The notes beneath the pieces were generated by a model. It saw only the letters and a list, made by a program, of their open reading frames with translations, was not told where the DNA came from and made no database searches. Positions 16,948-26,829 of a DNA stretch of 64,000 nt are shown piece after piece. This DNA comes from an uncultured virus (IMG/VR IMGVR_UViG_3300043105_000062) (taxonomy: Duplodnaviria > Heunggongvirae > Uroviricota > Caudoviricetes): positions 1 to 64,000 of the IMG/VR virus record IMGVR_UViG_3300043105_000062; one strand, written 5' to 3'. Each line of letters starts with the position of its first letter. Positions within the stretch are counted from its first letter, which is position 1. A program made the translations under genes and the position numbers.

Positions 16948-17977
16948 CGACGTTGCTCAATTTATATTCGATTGGTGTATAAAGATTATAGGCAAAGGCG
17001 TCATATATATCCCAAAAATCAGCCTCATCGAAATCCTTGCCTTTTCCTACGAGCTTTGCGATTAATACGTTCTCAAAGTACTCGTTCAATTTGTCAGCGG
17101 CTACGTTAATTGCATCTGAAGCATCAGTATCGTAGCCAACTATTATATCTCGCACACCCTTAGATTGCAATTTATAAATCTGGGTGTCACTAATCTTCTT
17201 TCCGAATGTGCATACCGGAACAATTCGATGATTGTCGTACAGCTCCAGCTTTCGTGTGAGAGCAATAACATCGAACACACCCTCTACCAAGATTACGGTG
17301 TCGGTTTCATCTTCGATAACCGCGTCATAATTGTAGAGTAGCTTGACGAAATCGTTCTCAATACTGTTATTGTAGCGACGAATTTGATACTTACCGTTCA
17401 GTTTTGCTTTCACGTTATGGGCATCAATCTCATCCTTGCTCCAAGTATGGCGTGCAACATAGCCTACAATGTCGTTGTTGTCATAGATAGGGAATATCAC
17501 ATAATTGTCAAACTTGAAGTTTAATCCACGAGTAGTACCAACTGGGAAGTAAGCGTAATCATCAACCGTAAAGCCACGAGATTTAAGATATGGATTTTTA
17601 TAGCAGCGTTTCCATGACTCAGGCATTTCTATCACTGCAAGCTCATCGTCAATCTCATCTTCTTCCAGTCCGAAAAACTCCGGTACTTCTATCGGTGTAA
17701 ACTGAGCGGTTTCCTTGATTTGCAAATCCGGGCGACCAATATCCTCAAGTAAACGATTGAGGTCTTTGCAAGTATGACCGCATGAAAAGCAATGCCCCAT
17801 GCCGAATATCTTGTTGTTTTTTTCAGGACCGACGTAGATGCCGAACTTGCCTCCTGATTTGCCACAATAAGGACACTCAGGCACAATAAGGTTCTTACGA
17901 CCGCCATCTAACCTTGCGTGAAGCTCTACTTGGAGCTCACGTATTAAGTAATCCTTTTCTTCCTTACTAATGTACAT
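16934..17977 (-). CDS. DNA primase (Zn finger plus TOPRIM)
   Basis: CPYC...CFSC, YLKSRG, LVEGVFD, GYDTD, GKDFDE. Confidence 0.85.
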   Translation of the reverse strand: MYISKEEKDYLIRELQVELHARLDGGRKNLIVPECPYCGKSGGKFGIYVGPEKNNKIFGMGHCFSCGHTCKDLNRLLEDIGRPDLQIKETAQFTPIEVPEFFGLEEDEIDDELAVIEMPESWKRCYKNPYLKSRGFTVDDYAYFPVGTTRGLNFKFDNYVIFPIYDNNDIVGYVARHTWSKDEIDAHNVKAKLNGKYQIRRYNNSIENDFVKLLYNYDAVIEDETDTVILVEGVFDVIALTRKLELYDNHRIVPVCTFGKKISDTQIYKLQSKGVRDIIVGYDTDASDAINVAADKLNEYFENVLIAKLVGKGKDFDEADFWDIYDAFAYNLYTPIEYKLSNVDGKI

Positions 17978-17988
17978 AAGCCTTGTCT

Positions 17989-19335
17989 TTATAAGTTAGC
18001 GGTTCGTTGACGGTCAAAAAATCTCTCGTGGTCGTAATCGGTAGCAATTTTGAACGTATCTCCTTTCGTGAAGAAACGGCTCTTTGCTATGTGAATACGC
18101 ATGGTCTTTTCTCTGCGCTCGTTAGCTGACTGGTTAAGCGTGATGAGGTGAGTCATCGGCTGAGCAATACCTTTTGCCTCTGATGAAGAATACTCAGTCA
18201 ATACATTTTTCTCATCATTAACCCAATCAGGATTTTCGATACGGGCCTGATATGTTGTCACCACCCAGACTTCTTCCTCGCTGGCAATATCTTTAAGGTC
18301 ATTGGCAACTGCAATACGTTTCAAACGCTCACCGCTATCACCATATTTGCGACCTGATGAGTCCGTAAGCAGGTCCATCGAGTCTATGATAATGATGTCG
18401 GGCTTCACATTGTAGTTCTTGCGGAACTCTGCAATGGCTTCCTTGATATTGATAGTCGATACATGCTGGTTAAATTTAGGATAACTACGCACGAACAACT
18501 TGCCGGCAATATCTTCAATCTCCTTAGCAAACTCGTCCATATCCTTATCCTTGATAAAACCTTTCTCATAACTATAAGCGTTACAAGCTACGAGCGCTGC
18601 GGAGTAGGCATTTTCAACTTCCTCACGGCTACCTTCCAGCTGGAAATGCAGTACGTTAAATCCGTCGATACATGCCTGAGACCCAATCCATCGTGATGCG
18701 TGACTCTTACCTACGCCGGTCGGGGCAAGTATGCAAGAGAGCTGACCACGTAAGTCACGGTCTTGATTGAGATGATCGAGCTCGTCGATGTAGAATCTGG
18801 TAATTGCCCTGATTGCACCGCGAGCATTATTCTTAGCTCTATTTTGAATGTGACGTGATGTAAACGTGTTAATCACATCGGTAAATGTCGATTCTGTTAA
18901 TGAAAATGTGCGAACCCAATCAATGTATTTAGATAGTTCTGTCTGAGCATTTTCAAGTCCGTCACGGTTGTAGATTTCGCCGGCTTTCTTATATACCTTC
19001 TGAAATTCAACTCGTTTCAAATATTCTTCCAGCAATCCAAGACATTCATCGGTATCAAACGCTTCTCCATCATCATACGCTTCCTTCCAGAACCTGAGAG
19101 CACCATTCTTACCAGCCAGTTTTTGCTGGATGATAGAGTAGTTGGGAACACGGCGATACTCCCTATAGTAGTCCTTAAAAGCCTTCAAAACAGCAGCTGT
19201 ATTTCTGTCCGGAAGATGTTCCTCCTCCAGATACTCACATACCATTGAAAGAATGTAGCTATCCTCGATACATGTGATGAACAGGTCTTCGATGAAAGCC
19301 TCTGATAGTACGTTTGTTTTATTACTTGCTGACAT
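17989..19335 (-). CDS. Replicative DnaB-like helicase
   Basis: APTGVGKS, HFQLE, IIIDSMDLL, TTYQ, IHIAKSR. Confidence 0.88.
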   Translation of the reverse strand: MSASNKTNVLSEAFIEDLFITCIEDSYILSMVCEYLEEEHLPDRNTAAVLKAFKDYYREYRRVPNYSIIQQKLAGKNGALRFWKEAYDDGEAFDTDECLGLLEEYLKRVEFQKVYKKAGEIYNRDGLENAQTELSKYIDWVRTFSLTESTFTDVINTFTSRHIQNRAKNNARGAIRAITRFYIDELDHLNQDRDLRGQLSCILAPTGVGKSHASRWIGSQACIDGFNVLHFQLEGSREEVENAYSAALVACNAYSYEKGFIKDKDMDEFAKEIEDIAGKLFVRSYPKFNQHVSTINIKEAIAEFRKNYNVKPDIIIIDSMDLLTDSSGRKYGDSGERLKRIAVANDLKDIASEEEVWVVTTYQARIENPDWVNDEKNVLTEYSSSEAKGIAQPMTHLITLNQSANERREKTMRIHIAKSRFFTKGDTFKIATDYDHERFFDRQRTANL

Positions 19336-19909
19336 ATTCTGTTCTTAACCGGTATATCTCCGGGAATTTTTTTTGCGTTTCTACTTTACATTTTTCTATA
19401 AAATTGCACTGGGAACAAGCCTCAGAAAGCGGAGACCAACCTAAAGTAGAAGTTTGGCAAATGACAAATCCTACTTCACGGTTGAGCAATCTCATCTTTG
19501 TCCCTTCTTCGCTGGGAACCAAGACATACTTTGCTTTCGGATGTTCGCTGCGGTCCACTATCATAGCCAATAAATCGTTGCGGCTCAAATCTACACCGCT
19601 CAGCCATTTATTCTCGTAATAGACACGCCCCTTATCGGTGTTGAACCGTTCCATAGATTTCGGTCCGAACACTTGGTTCAGCTTCCAATTAGACCCACGG
19701 TCTTTGAAAGCATGAGCCGAACATATCACGTAGTCCACGATACGCTGTCCTGTAAGCGCCCCATATTGTTTTTCCAATCGTTGCAATGCCGTGCGTATCA
19801 CCCTGGTTGGCTCCCCGCCTTGGGGGAGCTTGTAACCTGGGTGGATAAGCTTAGACGCAATCTCATGGAACATCTTCAGCGTCTGCTTGACGAGGTATTC
19901 GTTTACCAT
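19322..19909 (-). CDS. Hypothetical protein (Cys-rich C-terminus)
   Basis: 195 aa overlapping both neighbours in the replication operon. Confidence 0.7.
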   Translation of the reverse strand: MVNEYLVKQTLKMFHEIASKLIHPGYKLPQGGEPTRVIRTALQRLEKQYGALTGQRIVDYVICSAHAFKDRGSNWKLNQVFGPKSMERFNTDKGRVYYENKWLSGVDLSRNDLLAMIVDRSEHPKAKYVLVPSEEGTKMRLLNREVGFVICQTSTLGWSPLSEACSQCNFIEKCKVETQKKFPEIYRLRTEYVSK

Positions 19910-20516
19910 CTCTTGTGATATTGTTTTTTAAGTGTTGTCGGGCCAATCTAAGTCGGCTTTTAATCGTTTCGATGTTCGGAGTTTTCAGTGAACCTTTAGC
20001 ATATTCAATCTCCGCAATTTCCTTTAAAGAGTATCCTGCTTCTTGCAGAATTAGAGCATCCCGATGACGTGGTTTGAGCTCATCCAGCACTGAAACTATA
20101 TCGGCACTGTATAGCTCTCTCCAGTTATCCACACCAAGCATGTTACTGCTGATGTGGTCATCAGCAAAGAGTTCTTCCTCGTAATCCTCAATGTCGTTGT
20201 CGTAGTCCTTATTATTGTGGGCTTGACGTTGGCGTTCACAGGCAAAAACCTGTCGTTTAACGCAAATGTGAATCCACGTTCGAATCGGACGGCTGGGGTC
20301 GTAAGTTTCAATGTAACGATAGAAATTTACCAACACCTCAGAATAGTTTTCTTCAACGTTATCAGGGCTATTTGAATATCGCACAACAAGCTTAAATATC
20401 ATGTTGATGAATGGCGTGATGTACTTGTTAAATAGCGCTGTCCTGCGAGCAATTACTTCGGGGTCACTCTCCGGATCAGTTACTGGTTCTGCTGGGCAGT
20501 GTACTTTCGTTCCCAT
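19863..20516 (-). CDS. RNA polymerase sigma factor (sigma70/ECF-like)
   Basis: Region 2 YIETYDPSRPIRTWI; region 4 L...HRDALIL...GYSLKEIAE...TIKSRLRLARQHL. Confidence 0.88.
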   Translation of the reverse strand: MGTKVHCPAEPVTDPESDPEVIARRTALFNKYITPFINMIFKLVVRYSNSPDNVEENYSEVLVNFYRYIETYDPSRPIRTWIHICVKRQVFACERQRQAHNNKDYDNDIEDYEEELFADDHISSNMLGVDNWRELYSADIVSVLDELKPRHRDALILQEAGYSLKEIAEIEYAKGSLKTPNIETIKSRLRLARQHLKNNITRDGKRIPRQADAEDVP

Positions 20517-20761
20517 TCGAGTGACACGTTAGCGTTGAACAACTCTGCTAAACGTGCCCCAAGACGATGCTTAGCGCAGTAGAGATGCCACTCCGCTTCA
20601 TGTCTTATGAACTCAGCTCGGATTGTCTCTGTTGTCGGTTTGGGACGAGAGTCAAGTAGCTTAAAAAATTCCTTCAGATGAGCATTTAGAGCTTTCTTAT
20701 GCTTCTTTACTTCTTTCGATGGTACCGGTGAAACACTGTGATTCGTGATTGGTCGTTGCAT
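20480..20761 (-). CDS. Hypothetical protein
   Basis: Start reassigned to MQRPITNH (20761). Confidence 0.6.
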   Translation of the reverse strand: MQRPITNHSVSPVPSKEVKKHKKALNAHLKEFFKLLDSRPKPTTETIRAEFIRHEAEWHLYCAKHRLGARLAELFNANVSLEWERKYTAQQNQ

Positions 20762-20765
20762 GATT

Positions 20766-21248
20766 TCAGAGGTTAAAACGCTTGATGTAACAAAAGAATA
20801 TGTGTATTGCGTCGGCCTCGTTGTCGTCGCCGGGCTCAATTTGCCATCGGAGCTTACAGAATTGAATCATCTTGTCCTTCTTAGCGTGACCGTCTCCAGT
20901 AGCAAACTTTTTGACAGTCATAGGATTAATAAAGACAGGCTCCGGAAGATCGAGAGTGTCGCACACCTCGAATAAAATTCCACGAAATTCAGACAGTTTT
21001 CTGGTGTCTGTGAAATGATTGTTTACACTAACGTCCTCGGCGACTATTTGTTTGATGTCATTGCGTTGAATAAAATCAATTAAGGTGTCACGAAAGGCTT
21101 TGTGTTGCTTATTATTGTTGCGGCGCATGGACTCGGTGAAATCCCAAGTACCTCGCTCATTTAAGCAGAAAAATCCTGTGTGAGTTGCGATGTCCAGGGC
21201 TGCAACTTGGTTTCGATTTAATCGTTCAGATGATGTGATTGGTTTCAT
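20766..21248 (-). CDS. RuvC-like Holliday junction resolvase
   Basis: ALDIATHTG, IVAED, VKKFATGDGHAKK, DDNEADA. Confidence 0.85.
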   Translation of the reverse strand: MKPITSSERLNRNQVAALDIATHTGFFCLNERGTWDFTESMRRNNNKQHKAFRDTLIDFIQRNDIKQIVAEDVSVNNHFTDTRKLSEFRGILFEVCDTLDLPEPVFINPMTVKKFATGDGHAKKDKMIQFCKLRWQIEPGDDNEADAIHIFFCYIKRFNL

Positions 21249-23562
21249 AAATAGAGGATACCCCATTACTTTTAACTACAGTAATTTTGTTGGGGTAGCC
21301 TTCGTTTGTCAAACCGTGGCTAACCACTAATGAAGTGAGCTGTGTTTTATTGAGTGCTTTGAATACACTGGCGAGACCTTGCTCGTCGGCACTATCAAGA
21401 ACTTCATCAGCGATAAGAAGGTCCAAACCCTTCCCATCTTCGCAGTTCATATTCGTCAACTGGTTCATGCTTAGGATGCTGGCAAGTTCAACTCGTACTC
21501 GTTCTCCAGCTGAGAACTTTTCAAATGAACCGCAGTCCACACCGTCACGTAAAAGTGATACGGAAATTTTGTCGCGTACTTTGCCGGATTTAAGCACTGT
21601 GTATCCGGACAACGCAACTCGTATATCGCTGCCAATGGTCTCCAGGAACTCATTGGTTATCTGGGAGATGGCGTTGATTTTTGTATTTGCAAGATAGGTT
21701 TTGAACTCTACAAAAGTGGCTTCCTGAGCTTGCAATTCATTCAAGCGACCTTCTACCTCATTCTTAGCTTGGATAGCGGTCTGAAGCTCCTTTTGGTATT
21801 GTTCTTGACTTTCTTTGAGAGAGATGAGCATATCTTCTTCAGATGCACTCTTAGCTTGCTGGATGGCGTTCTCAAACGATGAGATAGAGCCTTTGAGAGT
21901 TTCAATATCTTCCTCATACGATTTGATAGTAGCCTCACGACGTTTGTAAGCTTCGTCAATCACTTCAAACACATCATCAAAGATACGTTTGCGGATTCTC
22001 GAAATCTTGTTTTGAACGTCTTTCAAGCTGGCGCTAATCTGGTCAACCTTCTTAGAGCAATCAGCGCACTTATTAGCAGCAGCCTCATATTTAGCAGCGA
22101 TGTCGCGGCTCTCTTGGTTAAGAGCACGACGCTCGTCATCAAGAGTAACTTCTGCTTCACGTTGTTTCTTGCCATCAGCCACAACCTTGTTATACTTTGC
22201 CTCATTCTCTTCAATCTTGTTTGCGATTTGACGCAAGGCTTCTTGGAGAGTGTCGAGTTTATGGCGAGCGTCTGTAACATCAAGCTGAGAGTTGAGTATA
22301 AACTCGTGCTTGCATTTCGGACACTCAATAACGCCGGCTAATTGGTTTGAAAGCGTCATGCACAGACTTTTTGTAGATGTGCGCTCAGCAGTTAAATCAT
22401 CCGCTTTTTTCTGAAGCTCACGCACCTCAGTAGAAAGCTTAGATAGACTGCTGGCACAATCTTCACTGTCTTTTTTGTTCTTATTGAACTTTGCGTTGAG
22501 AGTTTTAAGAGCTTGGTCACGCTCCTTTTCAGCGTCTTCCAAAGCGGTCTGAAGCTTTTTAATCTCTTGGTTGGCTTCTTCAGCAGCCTTTTGAGCCTGC
22601 TCGTACTGAGAGTGGAGAACAACAATTTCACGAGCGTAATCGGTAGTCAACGCTAAATCATTTGCCTTGAATTGCTCGTTGATTGTTTCAAGAGCCTCGT
22701 TAGCATCAGATTTGCCTTTCTCTAATTTTTGCATGGCTGCATCAAGAGCGTCAAGCGAGTCTAAACTATCTTCGACCTTAGCGATGTTATCCGATACTGA
22801 GCGAATTTCTGAACGCTTTGCAACAATAGCGTCCTCCCAGTTTTTAATTCTGGAAGCATTAGTGGCTTTACGTTCTGCTGACTCGTTGATAGCCTTTTCA
22901 ATCTCACCTGCAAGAGCCTCAACTCTACCTGTGCATGTAGCTACCTCTTTTTCAGCTTTGTTCAATTCTTCTTGAACCGGCGCCATATCGGTATGAAGTT
23001 CTTCGATAGACTCATCTACCAATACGCCGTTGCTGAAGCGGTTGATAATCTCTTTCTTCTCTTTGTCAGAGCTGGAAAGAAAAGATTTGTATTTACGAGC
23101 TGTTAGGATAAAGTTCGCAAATATATCATCCTTAGTCAAACCAAGTTGATCGAGGATATATTTGTTGTAATCCGCAACAGTAGCTTGACTAATTTCTTCA
23201 ACCTCGTTATCAAATTCTCCGGTTTGCTTGAGAATTTGAATGAGTTGAGGCTGTTTACGAGAGAGCTTACGATTGATAGTCATTTGCTCTCCTAATGTGT
23301 CATTGGTCAGAACGGCAGAAATAGCTGCTTCGTCCTGTGTATCGTTAATAATCTCATCGACATTGACCTTGCGTAAAGGCTCACCGGTCAATGCGATAGC
23401 GATGGCTTCAATAAGGGCTGATTTACCAGAGCCATTAGAGTTCTGGGAATCGCTATCCAAGTTGTTACCAAAGATAAGTGTTGCCTCTCCTTGCTTGAGA
23501 GTGTAATCCATCTCCAGGAAAGAGCAAAGATTGTTAGCGTGAATGGATTTTAAGTGCCACAT
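21226..23562 (-). CDS. sbcC: SbcC/Rad50 (gp46-like) ATPase
   Basis: NGSGKS Walker A, long coiled coil, CPKC zinc hook, FSAGE signature, LLIADE. Confidence 0.92.
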   Translation of the reverse strand: MWHLKSIHANNLCSFLEMDYTLKQGEATLIFGNNLDSDSQNSNGSGKSALIEAIAIALTGEPLRKVNVDEIINDTQDEAAISAVLTNDTLGEQMTINRKLSRKQPQLIQILKQTGEFDNEVEEISQATVADYNKYILDQLGLTKDDIFANFILTARKYKSFLSSSDKEKKEIINRFSNGVLVDESIEELHTDMAPVQEELNKAEKEVATCTGRVEALAGEIEKAINESAERKATNASRIKNWEDAIVAKRSEIRSVSDNIAKVEDSLDSLDALDAAMQKLEKGKSDANEALETINEQFKANDLALTTDYAREIVVLHSQYEQAQKAAEEANQEIKKLQTALEDAEKERDQALKTLNAKFNKNKKDSEDCASSLSKLSTEVRELQKKADDLTAERTSTKSLCMTLSNQLAGVIECPKCKHEFILNSQLDVTDARHKLDTLQEALRQIANKIEENEAKYNKVVADGKKQREAEVTLDDERRALNQESRDIAAKYEAAANKCADCSKKVDQISASLKDVQNKISRIRKRIFDDVFEVIDEAYKRREATIKSYEEDIETLKGSISSFENAIQQAKSASEEDMLISLKESQEQYQKELQTAIQAKNEVEGRLNELQAQEATFVEFKTYLANTKINAISQITNEFLETIGSDIRVALSGYTVLKSGKVRDKISVSLLRDGVDCGSFEKFSAGERVRVELASILSMNQLTNMNCEDGKGLDLLIADEVLDSADEQGLASVFKALNKTQLTSLVVSHGLTNEGYPNKITVVKSNGVSSIYETNHII

Positions 23563-23564
23563 AC

Positions 23565-24614
23565 TTAATTCAGTTTTTCGAGATAATGGAGTCCCAGTTG
23601 ATTGTCGATTGATTTCTGAGCACAGAAATTAGTGTACTCTTCCTTAATGCCGGACTTGTCAAACTTCTGAGTGATGGCTTGATGATTGGTGTTCATCACT
23701 TCGGTTTGCTCTGTCACAAGCTCAATTTTATTTGCGCCACATTCTGCCAGCTTCTGCTTATTGACAGAAGATGACTGAGCTGAGTCACATTTGATACGTA
23801 CTTTGACCTTGTATCGGCTGTCTGCTTTAATTTCTGCTAAACGAGCCATAAAGCCATCGTCCATATCTGCAATATCAACTTCAAGAACGAGATAACGCTG
23901 GTTGACCTCGTTCTTGACAAACTTGATCGAACCGTCTGAATTAAGTATGGTGTAGCCTTTTTCCTCATCTTCACCAAAATTGTGCTGACGAGAAGCGCCA
24001 ATATATTCAATGTTGGTGCCTGGTACTCGTTTACGATTGTGGTAATGGCCTACAAAAGTAGCATCAAAATCGCTAAACAAATTAGCAGGTAGCTCATCGT
24101 CACTGGGTGCTGCTAAGCCACCTCTAATACCTTCATGGATATATAAGACATTATAAGCGCTGCGGTGTCCTTCAAGATGGGCTTTAACCGCTTCATAATG
24201 CTGGATGAACGAACCATTCTCAGGGAAGTAGCTCATAATCCATATTGAAGTAGAGTCCGAAAGTTCAATCGAAGTAAACTCGTTTACCACTTCGACCGAT
24301 TCGTAGTCTGAGAAGATATGACTATAGCCTGCAATATCTTCCTGATTAACTTTGCAGTGATTGCCATTTGCAATAACCACATACAAGTCATATATTTTGG
24401 TTGCCTTCAGGATTGCATCTCTGACGGCAATAAGCGTTGCCAATGTTTGCGCACTACGCGAGAGCCACATATCGCCACCAACAATCAAGTATTGGATTTT
24501 GTTAGCCTTGCAAATCTCAAGAGCTTCATCCCAGTTTTTATGGAACTCTGCGATATTGTCCTTGCTGACGTGAATGTCATTTATCAACAACGCACATGGA
24601 AAGCATTTCAACAT
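23565..24614 (-). CDS. sbcD: SbcD/Mre11 (gp47-like) nuclease
   Basis: DIH, GGD, GNH, GHYH metallophosphoesterase motifs; start reassigned to MLKCFP. Confidence 0.9.
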   Translation of the reverse strand: MLKCFPCALLINDIHVSKDNIAEFHKNWDEALEICKANKIQYLIVGGDMWLSRSAQTLATLIAVRDAILKATKIYDLYVVIANGNHCKVNQEDIAGYSHIFSDYESVEVVNEFTSIELSDSTSIWIMSYFPENGSFIQHYEAVKAHLEGHRSAYNVLYIHEGIRGGLAAPSDDELPANLFSDFDATFVGHYHNRKRVPGTNIEYIGASRQHNFGEDEEKGYTILNSDGSIKFVKNEVNQRYLVLEVDIADMDDGFMARLAEIKADSRYKVKVRIKCDSAQSSSVNKQKLAECGANKIELVTEQTEVMNTNHQAITQKFDKSGIKEEYTNFCAQKSIDNQLGLHYLEKLN

Positions 24615-24685
24615 AATGTAGAGGATGTTAGGAAAATGCCCGCCCAGACAATACTGGGCGAACATTTTAATTAGTGATGTTGAGA

Positions 24686-26092
24686 TTAGTCACGGCGGCG
24701 AGGAGGACGAGCTCCACGGCGGCTTCCACGAACAGCAGGTTCGTTAGTGTCATCGTTGCGGCTGCGGCGACGAGATGCGTGTTCCGGCTGTTCCTCCGGT
24801 TCATCATCTTCATCGTCTTCCGGTTCGTCAGCTGGTGTTTCAGGCTCGTCATCGTCCTCATCGTCAGCTTCAGGTTCGGGTTCAGGCTTACGCTTTGAAG
24901 CGGGCTTAGCAGGTTCCTCATCCTCATCTGCTTCATCGGCAATAGCAGCCAATTCATCTTCGATTTCGTTGAGGATGTCCTCATTGGTTTTCTTGCGACC
25001 AACCTTAACCTCAAGACCGTTAGCGTCGATGAACGCCAAGATTGCAGTGCGGAGCTCCTGACCTTCTGCGGTCTGGTCATCGAGGTCAGCAGCTACGAGT
25101 TCATCGTAACGTTTCCAGAGCGAGTCGATGTCGTTGGCATTTGCGTCTGAGTCGTCACCGTCCTTGTCGCCAAGAGTAAAATGAGACTGGTCGTCAGCAG
25201 GGAGAAGAAGCTTGATTTGAGCGATGCAATTCTGAACTGCGTCAGTGTTTACAACGTCGATGTCGAATTTCTCATCCAGCTGGGTGAGATATGCGACAGT
25301 AGCTTCGAGGTGATAGCGAGTGTAGCGGTAGATTTGCTCCGGCAGGCGAGGCATGTCAAGCAGGTTCTGAAGGGTTGTTTCTTCGAGGATGTGCTTGTCG
25401 GCTACAGTGTCAATGTTAAAGCTGTAGCTTGCTTTGCCATTCTCGGTCTTGCGGATGATTTCGACCGGATAAGCAGCGTCGATTGACGAGATAGGACAGG
25501 GGACGTTTTTGCCATTCTTGTTGAGCTTGCCCCAAAGGTTGAGCTTACGTTCTTCCAAGTCCTTGTACTGAGAGTAAGAAAGCTGAAGGATTTGGATACC
25601 GTCGCCTACATTGTCGAGGTCGATAATGTACATGCAGCGACGTGAATCCCATTTGAGACCACCTGAGAAGCTGCCCTCGCGGAGTTTCTTGCAAAGAGCT
25701 TCATCGTCAGCGTATTGCTCACATGCGGTTGATACATAGGTGTCGATAAGGTCTGCTTCAATGTCTTTGAAGGCGTACTTAGCGTTGCAGACTGTAACGT
25801 AGTGGATTTCGGGTTTGCCCTTGATGAGCTTCTTGTTGTTCTCAATCTTGAGCATCAGAGAACGGAGGGGATATTCGTAGCCCTTACGGTCCAAAGGAAG
25901 GAAATTGCCATCCTTGTCCATAACCGGTGCAAGGGGAAGAATACGAATACTGTAAGTGCCATCTTTGGCAAAACGGAAGAATGAGGCTTTCTTTCTACTT
26001 TCTTCACTGCTCTTCTTTTTTGCTTCCTCGAATGTTTCTTGAGAGGCGGCAAACACGCTGAAGATTGAACGTGCGTTGTCTTGATCCATCAT
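24686..26092 (-). CDS. Single-stranded DNA-binding protein (gp32-like), long acidic tail
   Basis: GTYSIRILP N-terminal motif, D/E-rich C-terminus, position upstream of sbcD/sbcC. Confidence 0.65.
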   Translation of the reverse strand: MMDQDNARSIFSVFAASQETFEEAKKKSSEESRKKASFFRFAKDGTYSIRILPLAPVMDKDGNFLPLDRKGYEYPLRSLMLKIENNKKLIKGKPEIHYVTVCNAKYAFKDIEADLIDTYVSTACEQYADDEALCKKLREGSFSGGLKWDSRRCMYIIDLDNVGDGIQILQLSYSQYKDLEERKLNLWGKLNKNGKNVPCPISSIDAAYPVEIIRKTENGKASYSFNIDTVADKHILEETTLQNLLDMPRLPEQIYRYTRYHLEATVAYLTQLDEKFDIDVVNTDAVQNCIAQIKLLLPADDQSHFTLGDKDGDDSDANANDIDSLWKRYDELVAADLDDQTAEGQELRTAILAFIDANGLEVKVGRKKTNEDILNEIEDELAAIADEADEDEEPAKPASKRKPEPEPEADDEDDDEPETPADEPEDDEDDEPEEQPEHASRRRSRNDDTNEPAVRGSRRGARPPRRRD

Positions 26093-26110
26093 AATGATAA
26101 AATTGGTCTA

Positions 26111-26584
26111 TCATATTTTTCTTTGGTAATTTTTCCAAGTATCAGCGTAGGCACCTGCGTAGAGTTCGCTTGCTTCAGCGGCTTTGAGCCGTTCACGGGT
26201 TAACAGGTCGATGTCCCATTCTGTCTTGGCATGATGGATAATCTTGTTGATGACATAATCCATCTCAGTTGCTGGTTCGTTTTTAAGGTCAAAGTATTCA
26301 AACTCTTCCTTTTCTCCTGGGATTTTACAGTGATGAATCGGTGCGTATAGCTCTTCAAAATAACTGTATAGTGCTTCCACGTCCGGGTTCCCTTCTAACT
26401 CATCGCTGAGAGTTTTGAGTAGGTAGCCGAATAGAAACTTCAACTGAGGTAGCGAGCGGTTTTTCTTTTTGTCGAAAAGGAGATAACCATACTCTCCGTC
26501 CGGCAAAATGTCCACAGCCTCTTTTAGCTCGCTGGAGTCGGCATAGCCCTCATGGACTTCGACTATGCCCTTACTTCTAATCAT
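26111..26584 (-). CDS. Hypothetical protein, NinB-like
   Basis: NRSLPQLKFLFG and EMDYVINKI resemble NinB/YbcN motifs. Confidence 0.5.
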   Translation of the reverse strand: MIRSKGIVEVHEGYADSSELKEAVDILPDGEYGYLLFDKKKNRSLPQLKFLFGYLLKTLSDELEGNPDVEALYSYFEELYAPIHHCKIPGEKEEFEYFDLKNEPATEMDYVINKIIHHAKTEWDIDLLTRERLKAAEASELYAGAYADTWKNYQRKI

Positions 26585-26628
26585 GTCATTTCTTTCATTT
26601 TTGATAACTTTGGTTTATTAATACGTTG

Positions 26629-26659
26629 CAAAGATAAGATGAATTTTTAACTTAACAAA
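26629..26659 (-). promoter_or_regulatory. Bacteroidota sigmaA-type promoter for the replication operon
   Basis: Minus strand TTTG-N19-TATCTTTG in an AT-rich intergenic gap. Confidence 0.7.
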
Positions 26660-26779
26660 ATATTTTGGAAAAAATTTTCAAGAAGTTAAATGAAAAAATA
26701 TCTAAGTGATTGAAAAACAGAAAGAAAAAAGTTTCATTTATGTCAAAAGGATTAATAATGAAACTGTTTTGTCTAAAGC

Positions 26780-26817
26780 TATACCCCTTCCGTTGTTCCC
26801 GAAGGCAGAAGGGGTAT
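26780..26817 (-). terminator. Hairpin/terminator after nrdJ
   Basis: TATACCCCTTC...GAAGGGGTATA inverted repeat. Confidence 0.6.
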
Positions 26818-26829
26818 AGATAGATTTAT

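Noticed and set aside
24686..25080. Alternative-frame ORFs and low-complexity repeats (24667-25080, 24747-25061)
   Set aside because: Shadows of the acidic SSB tail
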